A stretch of DNA of 64,000 bases from Azolla caroliniana. Its lineage: Eukaryota > Plantae > Polypodiophyta. Made by a program: the position numbers and the translations under genes. How positions within the stretch are numbered: position 1 is the stretch's first letter; the number at the start of each line of letters is the position of its first letter. The DNA lies in assembly GCA_043228905.1 (NCBI GenBank), contig JBHGNT010000020.1, positions 11,532,001 to 11,596,000 on the forward strand, written 5' to 3'. Below the pieces are notes generated by a model. It was not told the DNA's origin and did no database searches. It saw only the letters and a list, made by a program, of their open reading frames with translations. Of this stretch, positions 14,001 to 26,556 are shown in pieces.

Positions 14001-14324
14001 GTTAGCAAGTCTGGCAAGATTTAGGAGCCAACGGAATCGGACATAAATATCAATATCGTTACATAAAAGAAAACAAATCTAGGTTGACTAGTAAAAATAC
14101 ATTTTGTGCATGCCACTGAGAAAACAAGGCACCAGAGAAAGAAGACGTCACGTGGGCGTATGTGGCCATAAGGAAGATCCATTCGAAGCCAGAGCCAACA
14201 GGTAGGTTCACCAGGAGTAACACACTGACCACCTGAATTGGAACCCCATTCTGGAGGAGGAACGCTGGATACGAGGATGCAAGAAACTAGATACCCTAGG
14301 GGGGGAGTCTTGTAGGGTATACCA

Positions 14325-14870
14325 ATACATACATACATTGATTGCACACATACATACATAGCAATACACACACATACATAATGCATACATACACATACAT
14401 ACATACATATTACATATAGGACCATTATGATAGGTCATACGCTCGCTAAACCATACTGTGCAGTAACAGAAGCAGAGCTCAACGATTATATGGAAACCTT
14501 AAGTCTTCGAGCACCTGAGCAGGCTGGTTTTAGACGAGCCTTCTCCACTATTGACCATATCCCCACACTTAGATGCTTAATTGACTGTACATACATACAT
14601 ACATACATACATACATGCATGCATGCATGCATTCATACATAACCATACACAGGTACGTACGTACATACATTTACATGCATACATACCTACCAATCTACCT
14701 ACCTACATACATTACATACATGCATACCTACATATATTACATGCATACATACATAGCTACCATACATGCATACATACATACCTACCATAATCATACATGC
14801 ATACATACCAGAGCATAGCATACCATACAAACATGCATGCATGCATGCATACATACATACATACATACAT
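14325..14870 (+). repeat. Degenerate (TACA)n/(TGCA)n microsatellite region
   Basis: Long runs of tacatacataca and catgcatg, interrupted by a LINE fragment. Confidence 0.9.
14415..14585 (+). mobile_element. Internal RT fragment of the same LINE family as 1-4678
   Basis: YRTIMIGHTLAKPYCAVTEAELNDYMETLSLRAPEQAGFRRAFSTIDHIPTLRCLID; 14445-14585 aligns colinearly with 2461-2601. Confidence 0.9.
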
Positions 14871-15389
14871 CAGGAGATAGCAATCAGATAAAGACAAGAA
14901 TGAGGATGAAGGAAGGAGGCAGGCAGGTGTGGAGCTTTAATGGAAAGCTTCCACCTTTTCTTTGCTTTTCTTTGTTGCAGGAATCATCATCATCAAAGAA
15001 ACAGTTGATAAAAGAAGAGCATTTTGCTTTCTTCCCTTCGCTTTCCCTTTCCCTTCTCTTCCCCTTCTCTTTCTTCAGTGGAGAAAAAACCTGAACCTGA
15101 ACCTGAAGCCGAAAGCTGTGGAAAAGGATTCATGGAAGCTCGGTATTTTTTCTGAGATTTCCTGTTACAGAAGTCATTGACAGGAACTGAAAAGGAACAG
15201 CGCATTCCTTCCTTCCTTTGTCAGAACAAGAAGCCAGGAAGCTATGGAAAGATTGATGGAAGCTGAAAAAAACTCTTCTCCACTTCTTCTAATTTCATTT
15301 TCATTTTCGCCATCGTCTTCTGCTTAGTTTGTTTCGGTGGTAGTATCAGAACGAAAAGACACATCAACAGGTAAATTCTCCTTCGCAAC

Positions 15390-15420
<31 letters not shown>

Positions 15421-15543
15421 TTCATCATCATCATCATCTTCATCTTCATCATCTTCATCATCATCATCATCATCATCATCTTCATCATCATCATCATCTT
15501 CATCTTCATCTTCATCTTCATCTTCATCTTCTTCATCTTCATC

Positions 15544-15603
<60 letters not shown>

Positions 15604-15725
15604 TTCATCTTCATCTTCATCTTCATCTTCATCTTCATCTTCATCTTCATCTTCATCTTCATCTTCATCTTCATCTTCTTCATCTTCTTCATCTTCTTCA
15701 TCTTCATCTTCATCTTCTTCTTCTT
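15390..15725 (+). repeat. Compound trinucleotide repeat (ATC)n/(ATCTTC)n/(TTC)n, about 335 bp
   Basis: Uninterrupted mix of ATC and TTC triplets. Confidence 0.97.
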
Positions 15726-16397
15726 GAGTTAGAGCAGGTGAACTCTCGCCACAGCTTTGCGCTATCTTTGCTTTCTTGGAAAAGCAACAAAAATCACCAG
15801 TAAATTGAAGCTTCCATCTTGCTTTCTTCATTCATTATTTCTTCTCCATTCTTTGTTTATTTCATCCGTTCGTCCTTTTCTATTTCCTCCTTTCTATAAT
15901 ATAGCCTTGATTTTATCTGCTTTTTCTCCGTGTTTATGCCCCATCGGGTTCAAAAAAATCGCTTCTTAATTGCCACCATGGCCTCGATTATCCTCTTCTT
16001 TTCTTTCATTTTTCTTCACATCGAGACCTCTTTATTGTGTTCATTTTCAGCAATATCAGCAGCATTCTCACATCAAAGTTCAATTCTACCATTAACATAA
16101 CTTTGCCTTTTCTTTTTCGTTGTTTTCCTTGCATTTTAACCTCCCAACCTTCCTCAGTGAAATTCTCTTCTCCTTCGTCTTCCTTTAGTTCTCAGAGCTT
16201 CAATAAATGAGATGCATTCCGCATTTTTTCTCCTGTCCTTGTCATCGTTCCTATTCTTTTCTTGCGTTCCCTGCTTTTGGATTTGAAAATCTGATCTGCC
16301 CATACGAAAATCAAGAACACACTTTGCATTTGTTTCTGACGTATATGTATGGATACAATCGTAGACTCTTTTCTTGGATTCTGAATCTCCATGGAAG

Positions 16398-16398
<1 letters not shown>

Positions 16399-16430
<32 letters not shown>

Positions 16431-16484
16431 GAATCTTAAAACAAGAAAGAATCAATGATAGTTTCCATGGAGATTATTATTTCC

Positions 16485-16512
<28 letters not shown>
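16399..16512. repeat. Two (TA)n microsatellites with flanking short inverted repeats
   Basis: (TA)n at about 16399-16427 and 16485-16512. Confidence 0.9.
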
Positions 16513-16516
<4 letters not shown>

Positions 16517-17519
16517 ATAAATATCAATTTTGTTTGTTAGAAAGTGTACATATATCTATGTCTGTGTATGTGATCAATTTCTATTGTGCTATTATCAATC
16601 GATCATCGAATCTTTTCTTGTTTTTGAAATTTGGATATTGAATTGATAATCAAATCCCATCTTTTAGATATTGAATGTATATCGGAAAGAATCACCAATT
16701 TTTTCTTGTTTTTAAGATTTTCAAATCATTTGGGAAGATTCATCAATTGAGGGTTGTTTTTGGATGCTTGAATGTCTGGTGTGGAAACAACTAGTTGTTT
16801 CTTCTGTCTGTGCAAATGATGCTCAATTCAGTTCTAATATGTTTTTGAATTTCGAATATCTGTAGCTACAACCGTCAATTCACTGTTAATGTTCAACACT
16901 GAATTTCATTCCAGTTTCTCATGCTTTCTTTGTCAAACCAAAGAAACATTTAGAAAATCTGTACAACTCACTAAAATAATTGAACTCTATCCGAAGTCTC
17001 TGTATGGATGATAGACGTAGGCTAACAAGAAGACAAAAAACAGCTTTGAAAAACTCCCACTAGAATTCTCTATAGCTGAGAAATTTGAACTCTATCTTGA
17101 TTTTTTTTGGAGGATTTATAAGGATGTCATTGACTAGAGAGACAGCATGAAAGGAAATTATATTAACATCTCCTGATGGCCAGTGCGACCTGACAAAAAC
17201 TGACATCTGTCTATGTTAACTCGGTCAATTTGAGTACCAACATAAAAATGAAAGACACCTCAATACTCTTCTAAGAGAGCTAGCTGAAAGGATGTCCCAA
17301 GAACCTTTCGTTGGTGCAAGATGTAGATAAACAAGAAGACTATATACAGTGTAATACTGTCTGCATGTCTGCATGTGAATATAAATGCACTATAATATAT
17401 CATTTCAGAATTATAGAGAATTTGACACAACATGTGCATTTGCAGCTAAATAGCTTGAAATCTAAGGCTCTTCAGCAGTTTTCTCATTCCCTTAATGTTG
17501 GTCCTTAGCATTCTCTCCC

Positions 17520-17608
17520 AAAGACGGGCAACATTTGAAGATGTAATCTCTTGGTCGGTCCTATAGGCCAATTTGACCTCTTAAAATATGTTAATATATC
17601 TTTCTTTC
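17520..17608 (+). mobile_element. 3' terminus of an RTE-X-like LINE (decayed body may extend upstream to about 17100)
   Basis: aaagacgggcaac..gatgtaatctcttg..taggccaatttgacctcttaaaatatgttaata followed by (TTTC)n; homologous to 61786-61886 and to the reverse complement of 62971-63080. Confidence 0.7.
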
Positions 17609-18051
17609 GCAACCAAAATTCCCCAACTTAATATGATATGTTTCAAAGTCAAAGCACGACCATTATTGTGATGTGACCATTTTTGTAGTTGCCAAGAAGG
17701 GTATGAAGAAGATCACAAGTTTTTTGTATGTTTGGATGCATTAAGTGAAAAAATCCAAAACACCTTGCATTCTTTATTTCCTCAAATGCCCTCATTCAGC
17801 CCCTTAAAGAGCAAATATATCTACTATGCGAGTGATTATATGGTCAATTCATCCACTATTTACACAGTTAAGCAAGAGCATTTGGGGAAATAATGGAATA
17901 TTTTGGTTTTAGGGATATTTGCAGAAATACAGAAAAACAACTGGATTTTTCAGAGCTTTTCCCTACATTAACATTGGATTGCATGATTCTTTTCCACAGA
18001 ATAAGGTTATAACTCATTTGAGTTTGTGGCCTAACTGCTGACAAAGAAAGC

Positions 18052-21000
18052 ATGGATAGCTCTCCTAGATCCTCTAGACGACATGGCAGAGAACATTGCA
18101 ACAATGCAAGGAGAGTGGGCGATTTAATCAAGCAAATAGAACATTTGGATCAATTATCGATCTCCACAGAACATGATTCTTGCTACCCAGAAAGCTCTCT
18201 TCGATTGAAAGAACCTATAGGAATGTTATCGGATGCACGTTCTACTTCAAGGGAAACAAGAATACTAGATCCTTCCATAATTCAGGTGAGGAGAGTCAAT
18301 GCTTCGAGGAGGCTTCGACGCAATAATTCTGATAGTATATATCAAAACCAAAGTGTTGGACCCTTTTCTTCTGATTTAAAAAGGGCCTACTCAAAAAATA
18401 GGGTTCTGAATCATCAAGAAAGTCAGATGATAAACATGTGTGGAGGTAGACAATGTAGTGATCAGTGTTATGTAAAGTGTAGAAATGGTAAAGAAAGTGA
18501 GAAAGATAGTAGAGATGTTCCCCTGATTTCCTTGCGAGGTGAAGCAGTAGAATCCAACTGCTTTGGAAGATCTACTTGCACACCAGCAAAGCTATCGAGA
18601 GAAGGTGCGAGTTTTTCAGGTAATTTGACAGCTCAAACTTCCTTGCGTGACGTGCAATCTAGAGAGAGAAATTTAGGTAATTCGATACCTCACATATGCT
18701 CTCATGAGGTGCCATCTAGAGAGGGAATCGGGTTTTCAGGATGTGGGTCATCTGAGACTCATCTAGAAAGCAAGAAAAGCAATCGATCTTTGAGAAAATT
18801 CAGTTGTATGTCATCTGCTGATGTTCTTCCAACTCTCACTTTCACCACTGGTAGTAGAAATATTCCACATATTCATAATGGGCAGAAAAGAATCCAAAAT
18901 TCCAGAGAATCAAGACAAGTTATAAGCTTTTTGGCGAGAAGCACAGGATGTGTTCCTCGCCAAATCTCACATAGAGATGGTTTACTTCCTGAAGCAAATA
19001 ATTTATCTAACATGGAACAATCAGTTTCACCCATTGAATTATCATTGTTACCAGATTCAAATGATTGTTCAGTAAGGCGAAATTCCATTATTTTTGGTTC
19101 TATTATATCTAGTAGTACTGAAATGCAAGAGAGACACAATGATCATGGCAATGAAAGAAACATTAATACCCCAACATTTTCCTTAAATTCCTCAGAAGCT
19201 ACCTCCCAAATATCTTTTGATGAAAATGGAGGAAAATTTGTTGCAGTTCATGGAAGAGATATTGTAAGAAACAGAGAAATGGATGTGGAGGAGAGAACAG
19301 AGGTAGATTCAAGGTCATCACAATCATCTATAAACATTAGTACTGGCTATATAAGCACTTGTGTCTCTTCTAACATGGTTGATCCATCATCATCGACCTC
19401 TAGGAATGGACACATTACCTCAAATTCCTTGTATGAACATATGCAGAATCACACAGAAACCCTTGAAGACATATCTTTCCCTTCATCTTGCATGAGTAGT
19501 CCTGATGGACATCAACCAGCGGATTCAAGTACTTTTCACAGTCAAGATTTAAGGCAAATGCTATCTTCTTCACAGTATTATCAAATGGGTTATCATGGAA
19601 GATCAGCAAGAGCAACTCAATATCGACCTTTCAGACGCTTCCCAGTGCGTTCTTATGAGGAAAACGAAGAGTACTTGACTTTTGGAGGGTCTTCTGAGGT
19701 GAGTCTATGGTCATACTATAATATTTTGAAGCAGAAAAACACCAAAGATTCCCACTTTTTGGGGTACTTACCAAAACATCCCGTAGTCAGAATACCCAAT
19801 AAGTTAGGGGTAGTTGGCGTGTTTCTTATTGTGAACTGCTGAGTGTGATATGTACTTTCAGGTCCTATCAACTAGGGGTCATGTGGAGAGGGATGGTATA
19901 TCTTACGAGGTCTGTTCATTTCATAACATTTTTAAATTTAAATGTCCTGGTATGCTTGGATTGATTATTGGCATTCCTAGATGTTATTGATAACCCTAAT
20001 TTTGGACACTGAACAGCAAGCATTTATGTTGGAGGCAAACCTTCTTCTTCGCGGAATATCTTCATATGATCGACACAGAGATCTCAGGCTTGATATTGAT
20101 AATATGACTTACGAGGTAACCTGAGCTATGCCCTATATGACCTACCTGTCTTTCTTTTCAGCCCATTATTAAATGTTCATTTTGCTACTTACCTTTGATT
20201 TGGCTCTGGCAAAATAATGCACGTGTGTGCTGTGTTTATTAGTTGAAATATTTTCAAGAAAACCCCAAATTACACTCAAATCTTACTTTGTTTTCTGCAA
20301 TATCTTTTGTCCTCAAAAGAGAGAAAACGGGTAGAATTGACAATATAATTGCTCAAATGGGGGGCACACCAAAGGGCACTTGGAAAATAAAGATAAACTC
20401 AGATCCTATTTTAAATCAATAACTTGTTGTCACCTCCTCAGCCTTAATAAGATTGTCTTGCAAAGGGGTGTGCAATCCCTTTGTCTAATATCCTAAAGAG
20501 TGGTATAATATAACGAGAGAAATAACAAAGTGTGTGTTGGAGCTTGATGTCATATGATCAATACTCAAAATATATATGAGGCGCAACAGGGTATTGTAAT
20601 TCTCAAGTAGATTTATTTTGACACATTTAATCTAGCAAACCCATTTCTCTGATACTTCTCATAGGTTGGCCTCCTATGATGAATCTCAAAACATGTATTT
20701 ACTTCCCTGCTTCTACCCTAAAGCAGAGTTTTCTTGTCACGTTGAATTTAGAAATATCTATAACCAGTTTATATGTCGGTGGCAAAGAAAGAAATATTAT
20801 TTGCCTCTTAAAGACAAATAGCAAAACTGCTTATGTTTTATAAATTATCAGCATAATCAATTTTTTGTAGCATTTGAGATTTTGGTCAAGATGAGCGGCA
20901 TTTTAGCCTCTATGGTATGCTAAAATGCAATTTTTAGATGGCCTTCTTGGTAAATTTATTTTTGATGTAACTTGTTCTTGTATATATGGGCATCATGATT

Positions 21001-21915
21001 CAAAAACTCATCAATCTAAAACTTCTTTCAGGATCTCCTTTCGTTAGAGGAAAGTATGGGCTTTGTGTCAACAGGATTAGAGAAGGATATGATCTCCAAA
21101 TGTGTTCAGAGTGAAAAATACCATGCAAGAAGAAATGATGCTCCCTGTCTTGTGTCAGATGGTATTGAAATAAATTGCAGTATATGTCAGGTAAAAATGT
21201 CTTGAAATGTGTGTGCGAATCAATGAAGTCAATGTGGTTAATTTGGTTCTCTTTTAAGGATGCGGTGAATCAATGCAGTAAAATATGCTGATTTAATTAA
21301 GAAAAAAATGCTTATTTAACTCATAAAATATGCTTCAAATCAGTGATGGATAATTCATAAAATATGCTTATTTAATTAAGAAAAATATGATAAAGCACTT
21401 TCTTTTTGAGTGTGTGAAGGAATGCTTACATTTGAAACCACAAATTTTGTAATGTTTTGTATTATCTGAGCTTCAAGTTTGAGTTTGCAAATTAATGCTT
21501 AGATTTGAACTTCAGTTTGCGATTCAAAGTTATGCGTATGATTCAATGAGAACTTTCATATGAAATCTTCACCGTAGACTTCCAATTTAGGGCCCTGTGT
21601 GAAAAAAATGATGTATTATTTCAAAGAAAATAAATGAATAAGGGAATCTTCAAATTTAAGACCTTGTATGAATCAGTGGGTGTGTATTATTTCAAACCGA
21701 AGCAATCAATGTATGCTCAAATTTAAGGTGCATAAGATACATTATGGTTGAGGTTATCATTTGGACTTTCCTTGCAGGAGGATTTTGAGGAAAATATTGT
21801 GCTGGGTCTACTTAAGTGTGGTCACAAGTATCACTTTACTTGTATCGAGCAATGGTTGCAAAGGAAAAATGAGTGCCCAATTTGCAAGACCACCGCTCTC
21901 TCATCTGACCCATAA
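18052..21915 (+). CDS. RING-H2 E3 ubiquitin-protein ligase, CTL (MBR/RHG1A-like, YEELL motif) family; exons 18052-19698, 19862-19909, 20017-20115, 21032-21190, 21778-21915; about 696 aa
   Basis: All introns are GT-AG and phase 0. The spliced product has DRHRDLRLDIDNMTYE-DLLSLEESMGFVSTGL and a RING-H2 CSICQEDF..LKCGHKYHFTCIEQWLQRKNECPICK, with stop TAA at 21913-21915. The start codon is less certain; an acceptor lies at about 17999. Confidence 0.92.
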
Positions 21916-22599
21916 CATGAAATACTCTGTATTGAGAGTATGATGAGTGAAAAGAAAAGAGAACAAGCTTTTTCTTCTCAATCCAACTACCATTTGCTGA
22001 CAACTTTATCGTGAGTGGTTGGGCGTTTCCCTATCCTTACCCCATTTGCTGAAAAGTTATCTTGATTGGCCGGCCACTCGTGTCCATTTATCAATTTATA
22101 TACAAAGGTTTGCTTCCTCTTAATTGCTGTTATGACTAATTGCAAAGATGCATAAAATCTCTAAAAACACCATCCATCTATTCATGAAAGATTAATTCTA
22201 ACCTTAATGGATATGAAGGTTTAGAGGATGATAATATATTCTTTAAAAAGGGAAATTCTTGGTTCACTAATGTCATCATTTTTATTAGCTTCCATTTTAT
22301 CATTTAGCAGGCCTTGAGATCTAGATTCAAAGTTGTAACACTATTGAAATTAATATCTTGTAATATATTGTTTCTTATTTTCCTGTTGAAAAGAGCAATT
22401 GTATTCTCACTTAGAGAGGCTGTGTGCATGACCAATGACGTAAACGAACAAGAAAATCTAAAAGTGCTTATGATTTATTAATCTATTGCCCAAGGACTAA
22501 TATATAAGCAATTAGGAATACATAGTTCCCATCAATGTTTACGAATTCATCAATTGTTAGATAATGTGCTCTTGTTGGCAACTTTCGTAGTTATTGTCC

Positions 22600-23481
22600 T
22601 AGGCGGTGTGCCTTTCTATAGCACACCATAACCCAATACCAAAATAAAGTTACTTTGTACAAATCTTGTAAATGGTTGTGATTGAAGAGTGGTGTGATTT
22701 GTGGTAACATTGTCTATGTGATTCATTAGTGTAAGCAACTAACATAGTTTCAATTCTTAAGTGATCAACGGAGGGAATGACCATCTTGGTGTTTGAAAGT
22801 GCCAAAAAGGATTGCCATCCTTCGAGGACATAAATGATGTAACTTTCCATAGGGTAAGGAACTGTGTCGCTAAGCAACATTATGCATATTGTGTGAGTAG
22901 ATGAGATAGATTTGCGGGACACAGATAAATTAGTACCACTTGATGTCTATTTGATAATAAAAAAAGGAGTGAAGACTCTCTACGAACCAACAAAGGAGCA
23001 TGCTAGGCATCTAACTGTTGTAATGAAATTATTAATTGTTCCCAAATTGCCAATGCGTGTCCATGTATTGTTGTTGAGCTACCTTTCACTCTATCAATGG
23101 GATCCTCAATCATGTTGAAATCACCAGCAATACACTAGTGATTAAGAGGAGGTAAAGCATTTAGTAAATCTTGCCAAAAGTGTTTCCGAGCAAAGGCCAT
23201 ATTAGGAGCATATACATTCAAGGGTCCCCATGTACACACTTGTATAATAATAAATTGAGCCTTGGTAGGGATAACCACTTGCCTTTGTATAATTAATGGC
23301 ACTCACCTTTGGGAAACAGCCATACCTACACTTTAACGAACTTTTGTGTCACCTATTGTAGGGGACCAAAACATGTCCCAATTTCCTGTAAGAAAAAATA
23401 CATATCAAGATACAAATGCATTTAAGCAAGAGAAAGTCTTGGATCACCTAACCCTTGAACATTCCATGACATAGCTTGCAT
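22600..23481 (-). pseudogene. L1-clade LINE ORF2 endonuclease remnant
   Basis: Minus strand reads MQAMSWNVQGLGDP..FLQE..NVYAPNMAFARKHFWQD..CIAGDFNMIEDP. Confidence 0.8.
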
Positions 23482-24153
23482 TTAAGATGACATAGGCGGC
23501 TACAATCCCATCTTCCTACTTTTTTTCCAATGGTTCCAGAATGAAATCATTCCCATCTCTCATTCCGCTTATTGAATTGGACCATGTAATGCACCACGAA
23601 CAATTCTGAGGTGATGATGTGCTCTAGCCAATGCTTTCCCTTCAAACAAACCATCTTCATGAATATAATTATACCCACAATTAGGAAGTATATGGGAACC
23701 TAATGAAACAACCACTTGCCTTTGCCCCATTACATCGGTCAATGGCAATAGATGCATAGTTTCTGCCTCAAGACCTTTTAACAAAACTTCCTCGAAGTTG
23801 TCACAATTAATGTATTTTGTGAAATGTAGTGTTTGTTACCTAACAACCAACCATACATTCGCTGCAACTCAAGATTCTTTATAATAACCATAAAACGGAA
23901 ATGAAAAGGCAACAAGAGATTGCATGGATTTGAAGAGAACATGCACTCGTATAAATATACAACATCATTATCAACCATATCTCCAAAAAAAAAATAGAAA
24001 TTCAAACCAAAATGTGGCATTCCACTTAAGAGGTTGAAAAGTCACAAGTATTTTCTAAATGAGAGCTGATTGGGATTGTGCAAATAGAGTTAACATTCAA
24101 ACTAGACAATCTCTTCATAAAACGGTTTAATGGTCGAGATGAATTGAGCAAGG

Positions 24154-24454
24154 TGTTGGCATAAAAGGCCGACTCCTTCCAATTTGTATCTTAGTGTGAA
24201 CACGTCCAAATAGTTAGGGCTTAGTATATAAGCAATAACCTAACATTGTAATGTACAGAGAGAGAGCTTCTTGATCATTCTTGTATTATGAGTCTCTGAG
24301 AGAGGGAGATAGAACAAATGCAATAACAGAGCTTCCATTAAAGCTTAAATCGTGTCTATCTTCTGTTGTATCTTCTTGCCTCCACTCTGTGTGTAGTTTA
24401 CTGAAAACATATGACAGATCCTCACACATACGTTTCCACGCATATTCAACAACA
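24154..24454 (+). repeat. Copia A 5' LTR
   Basis: Direct repeat of 37146-37446. Confidence 0.93.
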
Positions 24455-24642
24455 CCAACTAGTATCAAAGTGATTTACGGTTTGATAGCAACAAACAGCT
24501 GAAAAGCTGAAAGGAAAAAGAGGAGGTTAGAAAAATCTCACTTTCGAAGAAGAACATGGCTTCAACATCCAGAACAGAAGTTGAAATCAAAAAATTCGAC
24601 GGCAAAAACTTTGCCCCATGGAAGGAGATGATGCAGGATGTG

Positions 24643-24854
24643 TGTTACCCCTATAGGTATACGGGAGGGTTAAGTGTAATGTGAAGGTGTAATGTGGAAT
24701 ATGAAATGTGACTATGTGAGTGTGTGAGTGTTAGGTGAGGTAAGTAGGTGTACCTACGTCCATTCGGCTTTTTGTAAAGATCTTATATAAATCCTGACTC
24801 ATGGGGCATGAAAATATGGAATATTGAAGTTACCCACAAACTGTGTCTGTCTTG

Positions 24855-24890
<36 letters not shown>

Positions 24891-24947
24891 GTTCTCTCTG
24901 TGCATCTCATCTCTCCCTCTCTCCTCTCACACTCGAACCCCCTTACA
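24643..24947. mobile_element. Solo LTR (305 bp) inserted in Copia A gag
   Basis: TG..CA ends with TSD ATGTG (24638-24642, 24948-24952). Removing it restores gag MMQDV-LIIRRQ. Confidence 0.88.
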
Positions 24948-26556
24948 ATGTGTTGATCATTAGAAGACAAGTCGAAGCCATTCGACACAATGAAAAACCA
25001 CCCTCAATGACAACTGAAGAATGGAGATCTATGGACGAAATCGCTCGCTCCACCATTTGAATGCACCTGGCCAAAAACTTCTACTTTAGTATGGCAAAAG
25101 AGACAACAACGTTCCCGTTGTGGGAGAAGCTAACAATCGTGTACGAGAAAAAGTCTTGATCTTCAAAACTGATTTTGATCAAACAATTGTTCAACATGAA
25201 GATGAGAGAGACCGATCTGACTACCTCCCACATCAACACCTTCAGCCGGGTGTTGTTAGAACTCTCCTCACAAGGGATCAATTTCGAAGAAGAAGTGAAA
25301 GCCCTTGCCCTCCTATCGAGCTTGTCGGCGAGTTGGGAGGTATTCTGCACGACCTACGCCAATAGCTGACTGATCCTAAATCTGGATGAGAAAATCGGCC
25401 AAGTCCTCACCGAGGACATTCGGCGAAAATCGATGGGACTCACCATCGATGAGTCGGCAGATGCCCACCACTCGACCGAGCTGATCAATAGATTTAGTCG
25501 ATCGAGAGAGCAAGCCGATAGAACCGGTTGAAACATCAATCGATCAAAGACGAGGGGAGATCGACAGAAGTTGAAGTCAAGAACAGGCTGATCAGGTGAA
25601 TTCTACACACATTGCAAAAAATCTGGCCACAATGTTTCCGATTATTGGTTGATCAAGAGGAAAGAGAGTGGTTGGTGATCTGAGCGAAATCGAGGACGAC
25701 CCGACTTGGACCACTCTTCGGTTGGCAATCAAATCAACGTTGCCGACACCCGATTAGGAGAAATTCTCTCATTAGAAGATTCAATGATCGGAGAAGTCCT
25801 CTACATTGCACAAGATGCACACATGTGGTTACTGGATTCTGGTGCCACATTTCACGTGACCCCAAACATGGAGTGGTTTTCAAACAATTCGGTTGGCGCT
25901 AGCGGCATAGTTCGACTAGGCAATGGACATGAGTGCAGAATAACAAGAGTTGGCAAAGTACCAATTCAACTGCCAAACGACAACACAATAATCATGCATC
26001 AAGTCCGACACATACCCGATCTAAAAAGGATCCCGGTCTCCATCGGCATGCTTGCCGAAGACAGGTATCGAACGACATGGATGATCAACCGAGGAAACCT
26101 GAAGATAGGAGGCTTGAGCCTACTCCATCAAGTCCAAAGACGAAGCGCTCGAGGTCTTCTCTCGGTAGATAATTGAAGTGGAGAACCGGTCAGTATATAG
26201 AGTGAAGACACACTCTGATCCGACAATGGAGGAGAATACACCTCTTGAGCCTTCAAACAATACTGGTCTGACAAAGTGATCCGGCACCAAAAGACCATTC
26301 CATAGTGTTGAGAATCAAGCTCAACATAGTGCAACGTGTGAACTCACCTTTTGAGAATCTATGATTACTCAAAGGTCAAGAGTCACACCACTACTCTCTA
26401 CACATTAACTATGTGTCATAGAATCATATTCTATGACACATAACTAATGAGTTACATATTCTCCATGACTATGAGTCTTCACATTCCCCAAGAGAGAGTG
26501 GTTGTTGTAGTTAGTTAATAGAGAGAGAGGGTGACTATATATAAGTTAGGAAACGA

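Noticed and set aside
14021-15094. His/Tyr/Thr-rich and Cys/Val/Met-rich ORFs
   Set aside because: Translations of the (TACA)n microsatellite.
15324-15831. Poly-D/E, poly-M/K and poly-I/F ORFs
   Set aside because: By-products of the stop-free ATC/TTC repeat; the flanks have no protein-like sequence.
19699-19842. C-terminal 47 aa of the 596-aa ORF
   Set aside because: Read-through into intron 1 past the GAG|GTGAGT donor; the spliced form gives the RING domain.
21761-21943. 60-aa ORF MDFPCRR..
   Set aside because: Wrong frame over the last RING exon.
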